Part shown: one piece after another, positions 49,188 through 59,686 of the stretch
Numbering within the stretch: position 1 is the first letter of the stretch
Layout: each line of letters opens with the position of its first letter
Assembly (NCBI GenBank): GCA_965208325.1
Contig: OZ242326.1
Span: 1,280,001 to 1,344,000 of the forward strand
DNA from: Candidatus Poribacteria bacterium
Lineage (GTDB): Bacteria; Poribacteria; WGA-4E; PCPOR2b
Reading direction: 5' to 3'
Length of the DNA stretch: 64,000 nt
The notes under the pieces: model-generated
Seen by the model: the letters and a program-made list of their open reading frames with translations, nothing else
Told to the model about the DNA's origin: nothing
Database searches by the model: none
Translations under genes and position numbers: made by a program

Positions 49188-51539
49188 TTATTTCATCCCG
49201 ATCCAAGAGCCGATAACATGTCCGTATTTCGCAATTAACCCGGCGAACACCACTGATACCATGGACATTAACTTAATGAGGATGTTGAGCGACGGGCCTG
49301 ACGTGTCCTTGAACGGATCGCCGACCGTATCCCCGACGACCGTCGCTTTGTGCGGTTCGGACCCCTTACCGCCGTGTGCGCCCTGCTCGATGTACTTTTT
49401 CGCGTTGTCCCAAGCACCGCCGGCATTTGCCATCATTACGGCAAGCACGAAGCCGGTTGCCAGTCCTCCAGCAAGCAAACCAAGCACGCCAGCTACGCCG
49501 AAGATTAATCCAACAGCCACCGGAACGATTATGGCTATCATCGAAGGAAGCACCATTTCTCTCTGTGCGCCAACGGTTGAGATTCCCACACACCGGGCGT
49601 AATCCGGTTTTTCCTCGCGTTTCATGATACCGGGCCGTTCTTGGAATTGACGTCGAACCTCTTGCACCATCGCCCCCGCAGCGCGTCCGACAGCTTTCAT
49701 CGTCAACGCGCAGAAAAAGAAGGCCATCACGGCACCGATGAACAATCCGATTAAGACCTGTGGATTCATTAGGGTAACATCATAATAAGACATGAACTGG
49801 GATATGGATACCTTTGCCGTATCAACCATACCCACTCCAGGGATATCTAATTGATGCTTGTCCGCAAGATGGATCAACCCATACCGAATCTCTTCAAGAT
49901 AAGCGGCGAGCAGCGCGAGAGCGGTCAAAGCGGCGGATCCGATCGCGAATCCCTTGCCAGTTGCCGCGGTCGTGTTGCCGAGGGAGTCAAGCTGATCTGT
50001 ACGTTGCCGAACGCTCGGATCGAGCTCCGACATCTCCGCATTGCCGCCGGCGTTATCTGCAATCGGTCCGTACGCATCCGTCGCCAGCGTTATGCCGAGT
50101 GTTGCGAGCATTCCCACGGCGGCAATACCAACGCCATAGAGTCCCATCAGCGTATCGGTTGCCCCTCCCGGCAGATAGAAACTGACGGCGACAGCCGCGA
50201 TAATTGTGATCACTGGGATGGCGGTCGACTGCATGCCAACGGCGATACCCTCAATGATAACGGTTGCCGGACCGGTCTGGGCTTGATCCGCTATGCCTCG
50301 CGTCGGTTTATAATCGTGAGACGTGAAGACCTCTGTCACTTTTCCAATAATTAGGCCAGCCAACAGCCCTGCCACAATTGCGCCCCAAATCTGCCACTTG
50401 TTCGGGAAGTCGAGGTATAGCAGCACAGGAATCGAAAGAATTGCAATGCCAATCGCGCTCCCGTTGATACCGAGATTGAGCGAACCCATCAACTGCTTCA
50501 TCGTTGCGCCTTCTCGGGTGCGCACCATGTAAATCCCTAAAATCGAGAGAATTACACCAATGCCCGCAATTATCATCGGCGCAGAGAGGTATTTCAGTTG
50601 CAACGCAATGTTGGTATGGTCTTTCGCGGCAACAGCAGCGACGCCGAGCGCGGCAGTCGCTAGAATGGAACCAGCGTAAGATTCATAGAGATCGGCGCCC
50701 ATGCCCGCAACGTCACCTACGTTGTCTCCGACGTTGTCAGCGATAGCTGCCGGGTTGCGGGGATCATCTTCGGGAATCCCCGCTTCAACTTTCCCCACCA
50801 GATCGGCGCCCACATCAGCCGCCTTTGTGTAAATGCCGCCGCCAACGCGTGCAAAGAGCGCCTGTGTGGATGCGCCCATACCGAAACTCAACATGATTAC
50901 GGTGATTTCGGGAAGCGGGTTTTCAGCCAAAAACCCTGGGAAAATCTTTGGAAAAAGATAGTATAGAATCAGGAACCAGCCAGCAATATCCAGTAGTGCG
51001 AATCCAACTACCACTAGCCCCATTACTGCACCCGCACGAAAAGATATCCGCAGCCCCGCGTTTAGCCCTTCCATTGCGGCGCTGGTTGTACGAGCCGATG
51101 CGTTGGTTGCGGTCTTCATACCCAAAAATCCGCAAAGTCCAGAGAAAAAGCCTCCTGTCAGAAACGCGAAGGGAATGACCTGGTTCTGCGCTTTGAGGAC
51201 AAAAGCCATGAACAGAAAAATTGCGCACAATACGGCAAATACAATGGCGACGACCTTGTATTGCTGCCTCAAATAAGCCATTGCGCCTTCACGAACAGCT
51301 TGCGCAATATCACGCATCACATCCGTGCCTTCGTTCTGCCGCATGACGGATTTGTAGAAAAAATAAGCGAACCCCAAAGCGAACAGCGAGCCAACTGGGG
51401 CGATCCACCATGCGGAAGGCACGGCTGGCAGCGATTCTGTTTGGGCAAGAGCAGAATTTGTAATGCCAAACAACAAACCCATTAGTATCAAATGTCCGCG
51501 ACTCCGCCTACGGAGCCGATTATCAATTGTTTTAGTCAT
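49188..51539 (-). CDS. hppA: K+-dependent membrane pyrophosphatase (Na+- or Na+,H+-translocating type)
   Basis: DVGADLVGKVE, DNVGDNVGD, GNTTAA (Ala variant), GDTVGDPFKD. Confidence 0.95.
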   Translation of the reverse strand: MTKTIDNRLRRRSRGHLILMGLLFGITNSALAQTESLPAVPSAWWIAPVGSLFALGFAYFFYKSVMRQNEGTDVMRDIAQAVREGAMAYLRQQYKVVAIVFAVLCAIFLFMAFVLKAQNQVIPFAFLTGGFFSGLCGFLGMKTATNASARTTSAAMEGLNAGLRISFRAGAVMGLVVVGFALLDIAGWFLILYYLFPKIFPGFLAENPLPEITVIMLSFGMGASTQALFARVGGGIYTKAADVGADLVGKVEAGIPEDDPRNPAAIADNVGDNVGDVAGMGADLYESYAGSILATAALGVAAVAAKDHTNIALQLKYLSAPMIIAGIGVILSILGIYMVRTREGATMKQLMGSLNLGINGSAIGIAILSIPVLLYLDFPNKWQIWGAIVAGLLAGLIIGKVTEVFTSHDYKPTRGIADQAQTGPATVIIEGIAVGMQSTAIPVITIIAAVAVSFYLPGGATDTLMGLYGVGIAAVGMLATLGITLATDAYGPIADNAGGNAEMSELDPSVRQRTDQLDSLGNTTAATGKGFAIGSAALTALALLAAYLEEIRYGLIHLADKHQLDIPGVGMVDTAKVSISQFMSYYDVTLMNPQVLIGLFIGAVMAFFFCALTMKAVGRAAGAMVQEVRRQFQERPGIMKREEKPDYARCVGISTVGAQREMVLPSMIAIIVPVAVGLIFGVAGVLGLLAGGLATGFVLAVMMANAGGAWDNAKKYIEQGAHGGKGSEPHKATVVGDTVGDPFKDTSGPSLNILIKLMSMVSVVFAGLIAKYGHVIGSWIGMK

Positions 51540-51680
51540 AAAATTCCTCCTAATGAGAATTGAAAGTATACATCAGTCAATTGCAAAAAGCCGCGACGTT
51601 CAACGACATTATTTTCCTTTTCTTGTCTGTTTCGGTAAACTTTTGGAGCTATTGCTTCAAAAATCTTACGCCGAATTGAT

Positions 51681-53045
51681 TCACAATTCATGAATATCAA
51701 TCCCAAGCTCCGAAAGTGCTGCGCCAACGAGATAAATCGAACCCGTGATGCAAATTAAATCTGACGGGGTTGAAACTGATAGAGCAAACTGAATGGCTTC
51801 GCCCACACAATTCTCAGACCGAATCTCCGGATTAAAATCCGACCATACTTTAACCACTTCCCCAGCAGGCATTACGCGGGGGTTATCAAATGCCTGCGTG
51901 GCGATGATGATGTCCGCGATTGGGCATAAGATTCTTCCGATTGCGCGGATATCCTTATCTTTCATCAAACCGGCGATAAGGATTAAACGTTCATATCGAA
52001 TTACTTCCTGAATCGTCTCGCACAACGCCGCGGCTGAAGTCGGCGAATGCGCACCGTCCAGCAGAATTAACGGCGCCTCGTCAGAAGCTTTGTTTTGTGT
52101 GATCGAAACAACTTGCACTCGCCCGGGCACTCGAACGGCTTCCAATCCATCGTAGACACATCCTTTAGGAACAAAATGCCCTTCACTCTTGATTCGTTCA
52201 ACGCAGGCAAGCGCAGTAGCAGCGTTTTCCGCTTGGTGCTTACCAAGGAGCGGCAGAAACAAATTTGGATAAGACTCGGTAGGCGTATTTACTTCTAACG
52301 TCTGACCACGTATGCTCCAAGAGTGACGCTTAAAACTAATGTCATGTCCGACCCGATCAATTCCCGCGTACCGTGCCGCAGCAACGGATTCAAAGACGGT
52401 TTCGGATTCAGGCTCTTGGGGCGCTAAAACAAGCGGACGACCGTGTTTAATAATCTCGGCTTTTTCTTTGGCGATAGCTTCGAGCGTATCGCCCAGTATT
52501 GCCGTATGTTCAAGGCTCACGGGCGTGATTACTGTAACGAGCGGCTGCAAAACGTTCGTCGCATCTAGGCGCCCACCGAGTCCTACCTCAATAACCGCGA
52601 AATCAACCGCATTGTCGGCAAAATAGCAGAAGGCAAGCGCTGTATAGATTTCAAAAAATGAAACCGCCCCAACTGCGTTCATTTCTGCGACAGCTTCAAT
52701 TGCGGGTTTCATTTTATTGAGGTAATCAGCGAACTCGTCCTTTGAAATCAGCTTGGCGTCTACACAACAACGCTCGCGGGGAGTTATAAAGTGGGGTGAC
52801 GTAAATGCCCCGGTTTTGTATCCCGCATGGGTGAGAATTGACGCAATGATTGCCGCTGTAGACCCCTTCCCTTTACTGCCGCCGATATGGATAACCTTTA
52901 GTTTGCGATGGGGATTTCCGAGCAGATTCAACAGGTGGGAGATGCGGTTGAGGTTATAAAGCCGCGCTTGCCTTGAGAAATCGGGACTTTTCTCATAATT
53001 TATGAAACTGTTAATATAGGCAAGAGCCGATTCATAATTCAGCAT
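51681..53045 (-). CDS. folC: Folylpolyglutamate synthase/dihydrofolate synthase
   Basis: GSKGKGST, FTSPH, EVGLGGRLDATN, DGAH, TGSIYLVG. Confidence 0.93.
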   Translation of the reverse strand: MLNYESALAYINSFINYEKSPDFSRQARLYNLNRISHLLNLLGNPHRKLKVIHIGGSKGKGSTAAIIASILTHAGYKTGAFTSPHFITPRERCCVDAKLISKDEFADYLNKMKPAIEAVAEMNAVGAVSFFEIYTALAFCYFADNAVDFAVIEVGLGGRLDATNVLQPLVTVITPVSLEHTAILGDTLEAIAKEKAEIIKHGRPLVLAPQEPESETVFESVAAARYAGIDRVGHDISFKRHSWSIRGQTLEVNTPTESYPNLFLPLLGKHQAENAATALACVERIKSEGHFVPKGCVYDGLEAVRVPGRVQVVSITQNKASDEAPLILLDGAHSPTSAAALCETIQEVIRYERLILIAGLMKDKDIRAIGRILCPIADIIIATQAFDNPRVMPAGEVVKVWSDFNPEIRSENCVGEAIQFALSVSTPSDLICITGSIYLVGAALSELGIDIHEL

Positions 53046-53206
53046 TAAATTTAGTCGACGTTATAAGGGACGAAATAGTCCTCAGCGGCGGGTAAAACTA
53101 CCGATCAATCAACCGACTAGCGAACACGATAGGCTATCCATTAGGGTTAAGACTAACGCCCTCCTTTTTCAGCCGGTTGATGATTCTGTTGATGTTTGCG
53201 CAAGAT

Positions 53207-54469
53207 TCAAGACCATAAATTGAGGTCTTCATAGATGGGAAACTGCTCGCACAATTCCCGGACTTTTTCTCTAATGCGGTTTTTAACCGTGGTGCTTTTC
53301 CGTTCTCGAAGTGCTTCGCCAATGAAATCGCCTATCAATTGCATTTCCGGCTCTTTCATTCCGCGTACCGTCACCATTGGGGTACCAAGGCGAATACCGC
53401 TAGTGGTGACCGGTGAGCGTTTATCGAACGGTATTGTATTTTTGTTGACGACAATTCCCGCGTCCTCAAGGTGATTTGCGGTTTGACGACCACTCAGTTT
53501 TTCAAAGGTGGCAGTTAGATCGACTATCATCAAATGGTTATCAGTACCACCGCTCACCAAGCGAAACTCATTCTCAATGAGGCGTTGAGCTAACGCTTTC
53601 GCGTTCTTTACAACTTGTTTTTGGTACGCCTTGAATGTTGGTTCCATGGCCTCCTTGAAGCCGACGGCTTTAGCAGCGATTGTATGCATGAAGGGACCGC
53701 CCTGCAAACCGGGCATTACGGCACGGTCAATGGCTTCGGCAAACTCATTGCGGCACATGATGATTGCGCCGCGGGGGCCGCGCAAGGTTTTGTGAGTGGT
53801 TGTAGTGATGAAGTCGGAATAAGGGACTGGATCCGGATGGAGATCGGCTGCGATTAGCCCAGCAATATGCGCAATATCTGCCAAAAGATAGGCATCAACG
53901 GAATCAGCGATTTCTTGCCATTGGGCAAAATCAAACCATCGCGGATAGGCGCTCGCACCCACAATTATCAGCTTTGGACGATGTTTTTCTGCGAGCGCTG
54001 CAATACCGTTCATATTAATTCGCCCGGACTCTTTATCAACGCCATAAGGAACAACATTATAATACCTACCGGAGAAATTCTGCGGGAGACCGTGACTGAG
54101 GTGGCCGCCGTGATCGAGTTTCATTGCCAGGATGGTATCTCCCGGCTCAAGCAGCGCATGGTACACTGCCATGTTCGCTTGCGTTCCTGCGTGCGCTTGG
54201 ACATTTACATGCGCCGCACCAAATAGCCGCTTGGCGCGTTCAATGGCGAGCGTCTCAATCAGATCTATAAACTCGCAGCCGTTGTAATATCGGTCGCCGG
54301 GGTAGCCTTCGGCATACTTGTTGGCAAGAACACTACTCTGCATCTGCATAACCGCTTGGCTGGCGTAATTTTCCGAAGGAATCAGCGTTAAGCAGTTTTG
54401 CTGACGATGCAAATCCCGGCGCATGATATCAACAATCTGTGGATCGAATTCACTTAGTGGTTTGTTCAT
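53207..54469 (-). CDS. glyA: Serine hydroxymethyltransferase
   Basis: [31 protein letters not shown]. Confidence 0.97.
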   Translation of the reverse strand: MNKPLSEFDPQIVDIMRRDLHRQQNCLTLIPSENYASQAVMQMQSSVLANKYAEGYPGDRYYNGCEFIDLIETLAIERAKRLFGAAHVNVQAHAGTQANMAVYHALLEPGDTILAMKLDHGGHLSHGLPQNFSGRYYNVVPYGVDKESGRINMNGIAALAEKHRPKLIIVGASAYPRWFDFAQWQEIADSVDAYLLADIAHIAGLIAADLHPDPVPYSDFITTTTHKTLRGPRGAIIMCRNEFAEAIDRAVMPGLQGGPFMHTIAAKAVGFKEAMEPTFKAYQKQVVKNAKALAQRLIENEFRLVSGGTDNHLMIVDLTATFEKLSGRQTANHLEDAGIVVNKNTIPFDKRSPVTTSGIRLGTPMVTVRGMKEPEMQLIGDFIGEALRERKSTTVKNRIREKVRELCEQFPIYEDLNLWS

Positions 54470-54563
54470 TGTGAAAGCATTCTCAACGGAATGATTGGGA
54501 TTTCAACCTCGTGTGCGGTTGGTAAGGATAGGCGCTGGCATGTTGGTTGGAAATCTGTGCGGT

Positions 54564-55820
54564 CTAATTAATTAACTTGAGCGCTTTTTCTATGGTGGCT
54601 TTGAGGCTCTCATCGCCGGACTGTTCTACAAGTTCCAACGCAGTGTTCAAATCTTGCTTGGCTGCCCAGGTGCGGCCGACTATGACCTTTACGGCACCCC
54701 GATTGTTGTATGCCTCGGCATAGTCGGGTTTCAACCTGATTGCCTCGTCATAATCGGAAATAGCCGCGAAGTGTTTGCCTAATTTATATTTCGCAATTCC
54801 CCTGCTGTTGAATGCCTCGGCATATTTCGGTTTCAGCCGGATTGCCATATCGTAATCTACAATGGCGGCGGCGTGATTCCCCGATCTACCCTTGGTAACG
54901 CCTCGATTATGGTATGCCTCAGTGTAATCAGGTTTTAGTAAGATTGCCGTGTTATAATCGGCGATGCCAGCGAAGAATTTTCCCAATCTACCCTTAGCCA
55001 TTCCCCGATTGTTATACGCCTCGGCATAACCGGGATTCAGTCGGATTGCCTCCGTATAGGCAACAATGGCTTCACTATAGTTTCCAAGCGTGTGGTACAC
55101 ATCGCCTCGAATAAAATACGTCTCAGCGGAAATGGATCCGCGCGGCAGAGGTTTCGCAGGCTCAGACTGCTCAATCAGTGCTTTAAGATAGTTTGACGGA
55201 ATGGCAAAATTCAGATTCTGCCCGCCTTCTATAGTCATGAAAGAAACACCGATGACTTCACCCTTTGTGTTTAAGACGGGACCGCCGCTGCTACCCGGTG
55301 AAATCGGTGCGGTCATCTGAATCCGTTTCTGGGTAAACCGTTCACTGAAGTTGCTTATGATACCATTTGAAAACGTGCCCTCCGGCCCGCTCGGGTTGCC
55401 CGCGACATAAACCGTTTCGCCAATTTTGACTGAATCGCTGTCACCGAGCTGAAGCGGATTGACGCCAAATGCGGTGACCTTTAAGAGAGCGAGGTCGTTG
55501 CTTTTGTCGGCGGCAAAGACGCCTTCGATGGTGTATCTCGTGTATGTTCCGGCCTGTTTTGCGCTGCCCCTCGCCACTCCCTCAATAACATGGAAGTTGG
55601 TAGCGATGCGGTTCTCTCCGACGAAGAAGCCGCTGCCGGTTGCGAGGGTTCTGCCATTCCTATCGTCCATCTTTAAATGCACCGTGGCAGCTATGGCTTT
55701 TTTGGCAATCTCCTCTTCGGCTTGTGCAATTGACGCAGCTAAAAGACAGAAAGAAAGAAGCCCCAAAGTTGCGAAACGCAGGGACGCTAATCTCGGAATT
55801 CTCATAATCGTGTCCATCAT
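54564..55820 (-). CDS. Secreted trypsin-like serine protease with C-terminal TPR repeats
   Basis: GSGF, TNFHV, DLALL, SPGSSGGP triad; about 5 TPRs (AIRLxPxYAEAYNNRG). Confidence 0.9.
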   Translation of the reverse strand: MMDTIMRIPRLASLRFATLGLLSFCLLAASIAQAEEEIAKKAIAATVHLKMDDRNGRTLATGSGFFVGENRIATNFHVIEGVARGSAKQAGTYTRYTIEGVFAADKSNDLALLKVTAFGVNPLQLGDSDSVKIGETVYVAGNPSGPEGTFSNGIISNFSERFTQKRIQMTAPISPGSSGGPVLNTKGEVIGVSFMTIEGGQNLNFAIPSNYLKALIEQSEPAKPLPRGSISAETYFIRGDVYHTLGNYSEAIVAYTEAIRLNPGYAEAYNNRGMAKGRLGKFFAGIADYNTAILLKPDYTEAYHNRGVTKGRSGNHAAAIVDYDMAIRLKPKYAEAFNSRGIAKYKLGKHFAAISDYDEAIRLKPDYAEAYNNRGAVKVIVGRTWAAKQDLNTALELVEQSGDESLKATIEKALKLIN

Positions 55821-55883
55821 CGTCAGTTAGTTGATAGTTATGATTTAAAGAATTCGTATGGCTGGTAATGTTACGAATGTCAG

Positions 55884-55912
55884 ATTGTAACACAGATACC
55901 CGCCAGTTTCAA
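55884..55912 (-). promoter_or_regulatory. Sigma70-type promoter
   Basis: TTGAAA-17nt-TACAAT with extended TG, minus strand. Confidence 0.55.
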
Positions 55913-55937
55913 GAGAAATATCTATTCAGAGCAGCGG

Positions 55938-57587
55938 CTATCGGCGACGGGCGATTGCGCTTATCAGTTGGTTCAACTCTCCAATTTTGAGGAGTTTTGC
56001 GAGACAAACTAAAACAACAACACCTATCCCAATTGGGACAAACACGCCGAATGCCCTTGCGAAGAGGTTGGCGATCCCGATCCATTCCTCAATCCATACG
56101 TTCGTTGTCCAGCAAATGAAGCCCATCGCTGTAGATACCGCCACGGTTTTTGCAAGCATTCTCCATATCCCGCGCAGTCCCAATCCGCCGGTTCTGCGAC
56201 GCAAGGCGAAGAGAAGAATCATGCAGTTCAAAGTGATTGTGCAGGATGTTGATAGCGCTAGGGAGCGGTGTCCGAAATGGAACTGAAAAATAAGGAGATA
56301 GTTCAGCACAATATTGAGTGCGACGGCACAAAGACTCACCACGGCTGGCGTGCGTGTGTCCTTGAAGGCATAAAAGCCATCGGATGCAATCTTGACTATT
56401 GAGAAACCGCACAATCCATAGGCATAGCAAAACAGTGCACCGGCGGTCTCGCTTGTGTCCATCGCACCAGTTTTTCCCCATTCAAATACAAGGCGGCATA
56501 TCGGCTCATTCAACACCATCAATCCAATCGAGGCCGGCAGCGTCAACAACAATATTAGCCGCAGGGCGTAAGAAAAAGATTCACGGAATTTTTCTACTTC
56601 GCCGCGCGCAATTAATTTGGAAAGGTTCGGCAGCGCAGCGGTAGAAATCGCTACGCCAAAAATTCCGATTGGCAGGTGCATCAGTCGAAATGCTCGAATA
56701 ATCCACGTCATCCAGCCTTTGCCTTCCGATGCGAAAATTGAGTTTACGAACAGATTCACCTGCAGCGCAGCAACGCCCAGAATCATAGGCAAAATCAATC
56801 GGACTACCTGTTTCACCCGCTCATCACGAAAGCTGATGGTAAGCCGATAACGAAACCCGCACCGCCGCATTAACGGAACTTGAATTATGAATTGCAGCGC
56901 GCCGCCCACGAGCACACCGAATGCCATGCCTGTCACAGGGTGAAGTCCCATGCGGGGGAGTGTATAATACCCCCAAACACCTATTACAATCGATCCGAGA
57001 TTAAAGAACAGCGACGCGCAGGCGGGAACGCCGAATTTCCCCATACTGTTAAGTAACCCCATGGCAACCGCCGCGAGTGAAACCAAGATGAGGAAGGGGA
57101 ACATAATTCGAGCGAGATAAACCGTTAAATCTCGTTTGCTGCTCATTCCGGCGTGTTCTGAAGGGTCTAGATCCACATCTTGAAAGCCCTTGCCGACGAA
57201 CAGTAAATCCACAATAGGCGGTGCGGCGAGCACACAAATCAGCGTGATCGCCATGAGGACAATTGCGGTGATATTGAAAATTCGGCTGGCTAGCCGCCAT
57301 GCGGCTTCTTGTCCGTCTTCTACCTCAGTCGCCGTGAACGCGGCAATAAATGCCTTGCTCAATACGCCTTCGCCGAACAGATCCCGCATTAGGTTTGGGA
57401 TGCGGAAAGCGGCGTAGAACGCGTCGGCACTGGTCGCTGAAACAAAAAAATAAGCAATCACCTGCTCTCGCACAAGTCCTAGCAGGCGCGACGCCATCAC
57501 GGCGATGCTAACGATTCCCGCCGAACGCGTTATGCTTTTATCATCCTCTCCGTCCAGAGAAGACTCATGATGGTTTTCGTTTGTCAT
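55938..57587 (-). CDS. murJ: Lipid II flippase MurJ (MviN)
   Basis: SRLLGLVRE and DAFYAAFRIPNLMRDLFGEG; many TM segments. Start uncertain. Confidence 0.93.
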   Translation of the reverse strand: MTNENHHESSLDGEDDKSITRSAGIVSIAVMASRLLGLVREQVIAYFFVSATSADAFYAAFRIPNLMRDLFGEGVLSKAFIAAFTATEVEDGQEAAWRLASRIFNITAIVLMAITLICVLAAPPIVDLLFVGKGFQDVDLDPSEHAGMSSKRDLTVYLARIMFPFLILVSLAAVAMGLLNSMGKFGVPACASLFFNLGSIVIGVWGYYTLPRMGLHPVTGMAFGVLVGGALQFIIQVPLMRRCGFRYRLTISFRDERVKQVVRLILPMILGVAALQVNLFVNSIFASEGKGWMTWIIRAFRLMHLPIGIFGVAISTAALPNLSKLIARGEVEKFRESFSYALRLILLLTLPASIGLMVLNEPICRLVFEWGKTGAMDTSETAGALFCYAYGLCGFSIVKIASDGFYAFKDTRTPAVVSLCAVALNIVLNYLLIFQFHFGHRSLALSTSCTITLNCMILLFALRRRTGGLGLRGIWRMLAKTVAVSTAMGFICWTTNVWIEEWIGIANLFARAFGVFVPIGIGVVVLVCLAKLLKIGELNQLISAIARRR

Positions 57588-57695
57588 TTCGCCAATTGTG
57601 GGGTACACTCTATGCGATTAGAACCATAATTCTCAATATATGACAATGCCTCTATGGCGACAGTGGTGCATTTTCCGGAAAAGAGAGAATTGACG

Positions 57696-58076
57696 ATGCC
57701 GCGCAAGCGATATTTTACCGTAGAAGAAGCTAACCAACTGATTCCGAAGTTAGAACAATACATCGGATCGCTAAAGTCGCTTCGCCTGGAGCTAGAGGCG
57801 GTTGGGGCAATTTTGACTCCCCTGTTTGAGATTGTCCACTACAACGGCGGACATCCCAAAACACCGAAGTTTATCCAAGCCGTTTCCCAATTCCACGAAA
57901 TTGTCGAACGCATACATTCGCACGGCTGCCTGTTAAAGGGTTTAGATGAAGGTTTAATTGACTTTCCGCACTTGCGGATGGGCAGGGAAGTCTACCTCTG
58001 CTGGAAGTCAGGGGAGAAAGAAATTCGCTACTGGCACGATCTTGAGGCTGGTGCGGCAGGACGACAACCGCTTTAG
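57696..58076 (+). CDS. DUF2203 family protein
   Basis: FTVEEAN.LIP, GLIDFP, VYLCWK.GE..I.YWH...G..GRQP. Confidence 0.85.
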   Translation: MPRKRYFTVEEANQLIPKLEQYIGSLKSLRLELEAVGAILTPLFEIVHYNGGHPKTPKFIQAVSQFHEIVERIHSHGCLLKGLDEGLIDFPHLRMGREVYLCWKSGEKEIRYWHDLEAGAAGRQPL

Positions 58077-58251
58077 CATGAAGCATGCAAAGTTTAACAC
58101 AATGCCGTTTGGCATGTATCTTCTTAACTCAAAGGAAGCATGCGACAGCTAACATCTAGAATGAGGCTTGGGGTTGCGTTCGGACGCCAGTGTTCCTCCC
58201 CAAATGTCTTACCTATTTGGACACTGAGGACATTTCTTAATATACCGCTTT

Positions 58252-58884
58252 TTACGGAGACATCCGTTCAATTCGCCAATCACCATTCGGTTGGCGGGTG
58301 TATCGAAGGCGGTCGTGCAGCCGGTTCGGGCGGCCGCTCCAAAACTCAATCATGTTGGGTGACAAACAGTAGCCACCCCAATTTGACGGCAGCGGAATTT
58401 CCTTGCCCTGAAATTGTTCGGCTAACTGTTGGAACTGCTCTTCCAGTACGTTACGGCCGGGGATGATTTGGCTTTGTCTTGAGGCTAACGCAGCCAACCG
58501 GCTTCCGACAGGCCGGTTCCGAAAATATTCGTTGGAGGCTTCACGAGAGACCTTTCTAACCCGTCCAGTGATACGCACCTGCCGATCCAGTTCACGCCAA
58601 TAAAAAACGAGCGCTGCAGTCGGGTTTTCTGCTAGTTCCCGCCCTTTTTGGCTTCCGTAGTCCGTATAAAAAACAAAGCCCTGCTCATCGCGTCCCCGAA
58701 GCAGCACAGTCCGTGCCGAAGGTACACCGTCCTTTGTTGCCGTTGCAAGAGTCATTGCATCCGGCAAATCAATTTTTGCGTCAATTGCCTCTTGAAACCA
58801 CACCTCGAACTGATTAAAAGGATTCGCATCAATGTCTCGCTCGTCCAATCCGGCATCGGTATATTCCCTGCGAAGTTCAGACAT
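58252..58884 (-). CDS. pdxH: Pyridoxamine 5'-phosphate oxidase
   Basis: LRREY, AMTLAT, RQVRITG, EFW.GR.NRLHDR. Confidence 0.95.
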   Translation of the reverse strand: MSELRREYTDAGLDERDIDANPFNQFEVWFQEAIDAKIDLPDAMTLATATKDGVPSARTVLLRGRDEQGFVFYTDYGSQKGRELAENPTAALVFYWRELDRQVRITGRVRKVSREASNEYFRNRPVGSRLAALASRQSQIIPGRNVLEEQFQQLAEQFQGKEIPLPSNWGGYCLSPNMIEFWSGRPNRLHDRLRYTRQPNGDWRIERMSP

Positions 58885-58906
58885 GCCCTAAGAGATTTCC
58901 TTGCGG

Positions 58907-59686
58907 CTAACACTTTTTAAATACTAACAGATCAAACGCTTCGACCACCGGCGATGGCTCTATTTCATTTTCCGCAGCCGCTTTCATCGCAAGCAACCCC
59001 GTTTGAAACTCCTCATCGGAAATGAACTCAAATGTTGACATCGATCTCGTCTTGATACGTTGGTAGTACGCGTGAAGGCTGCCGTTCATTTGCTGCTCGA
59101 TGCGTACCAGATCGACCTTCTCAAAACCGCTGGCGGCAAAAGACGCTTCAACCCCGTCAACACTCGGCAAATTCCGGTTATCTACTGCCCAAGCGCTAGG
59201 GAAAAATTCGTGGTATTTGGCTTTAACCAGCCTACCCCTAAATCCGTTTCGGATAAACACGAGACCGTTCGGTTTTAGCACACGATACAGCTCCCGGCAG
59301 CCGAGTGCTATGTCATCAAGGTGGTGGATTGCCATTGATAGAAATGCGAAGTCGCACTGTTGTTCGTCTACGGGTATGCGTTCAGCCTTTCCCTTAATAT
59401 ACGAAACCCTTTGATCCGTATTACTTTCTTCAGCGATTCTCCGCATCTTGTCCGACGGTTCGACTCCAATGACGCATGCATGAAAGTACTTTGCTAGGTG
59501 GGGTGCAAATCGACCGGTACCTGATCCAAGATCGAGAACGGTACCACCTTTCGGATTAGGAAGATACTTCGCGATTACGTCCATCCAGCGGCGGATTGTT
59601 TCATCTGAAAGCACACGCCCCCGCTGATAGTTCTTGTAAAGCTCCCGATCATAATCTACTTTTTCCATGCGGTTTCCAGGGTTCAC
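58907..59686 (-). CDS. Class I SAM-dependent methyltransferase
   Basis: VLDLGSGTG, GVEPS..M, AERIP, RVLKPNG. Confidence 0.88.
   Translation of the reverse strand: MNPGNRMEKVDYDRELYKNYQRGRVLSDETIRRWMDVIAKYLPNPKGGTVLDLGSGTGRFAPHLAKYFHACVIGVEPSDKMRRIAEESNTDQRVSYIKGKAERIPVDEQQCDFAFLSMAIHHLDDIALGCRELYRVLKPNGLVFIRNGFRGRLVKAKYHEFFPSAWAVDNRNLPSVDGVEASFAASGFEKVDLVRIEQQMNGSLHAYYQRIKTRSMSTFEFISDEEFQTGLLAMKAAAENEIEPSPVVEAFDLLVFKKC

Noticed and set aside
53052..53119. Hammerhead ribozyme (CTGAGGA on the minus strand)
   Set aside because: No GAAA core follows stem II on that strand.
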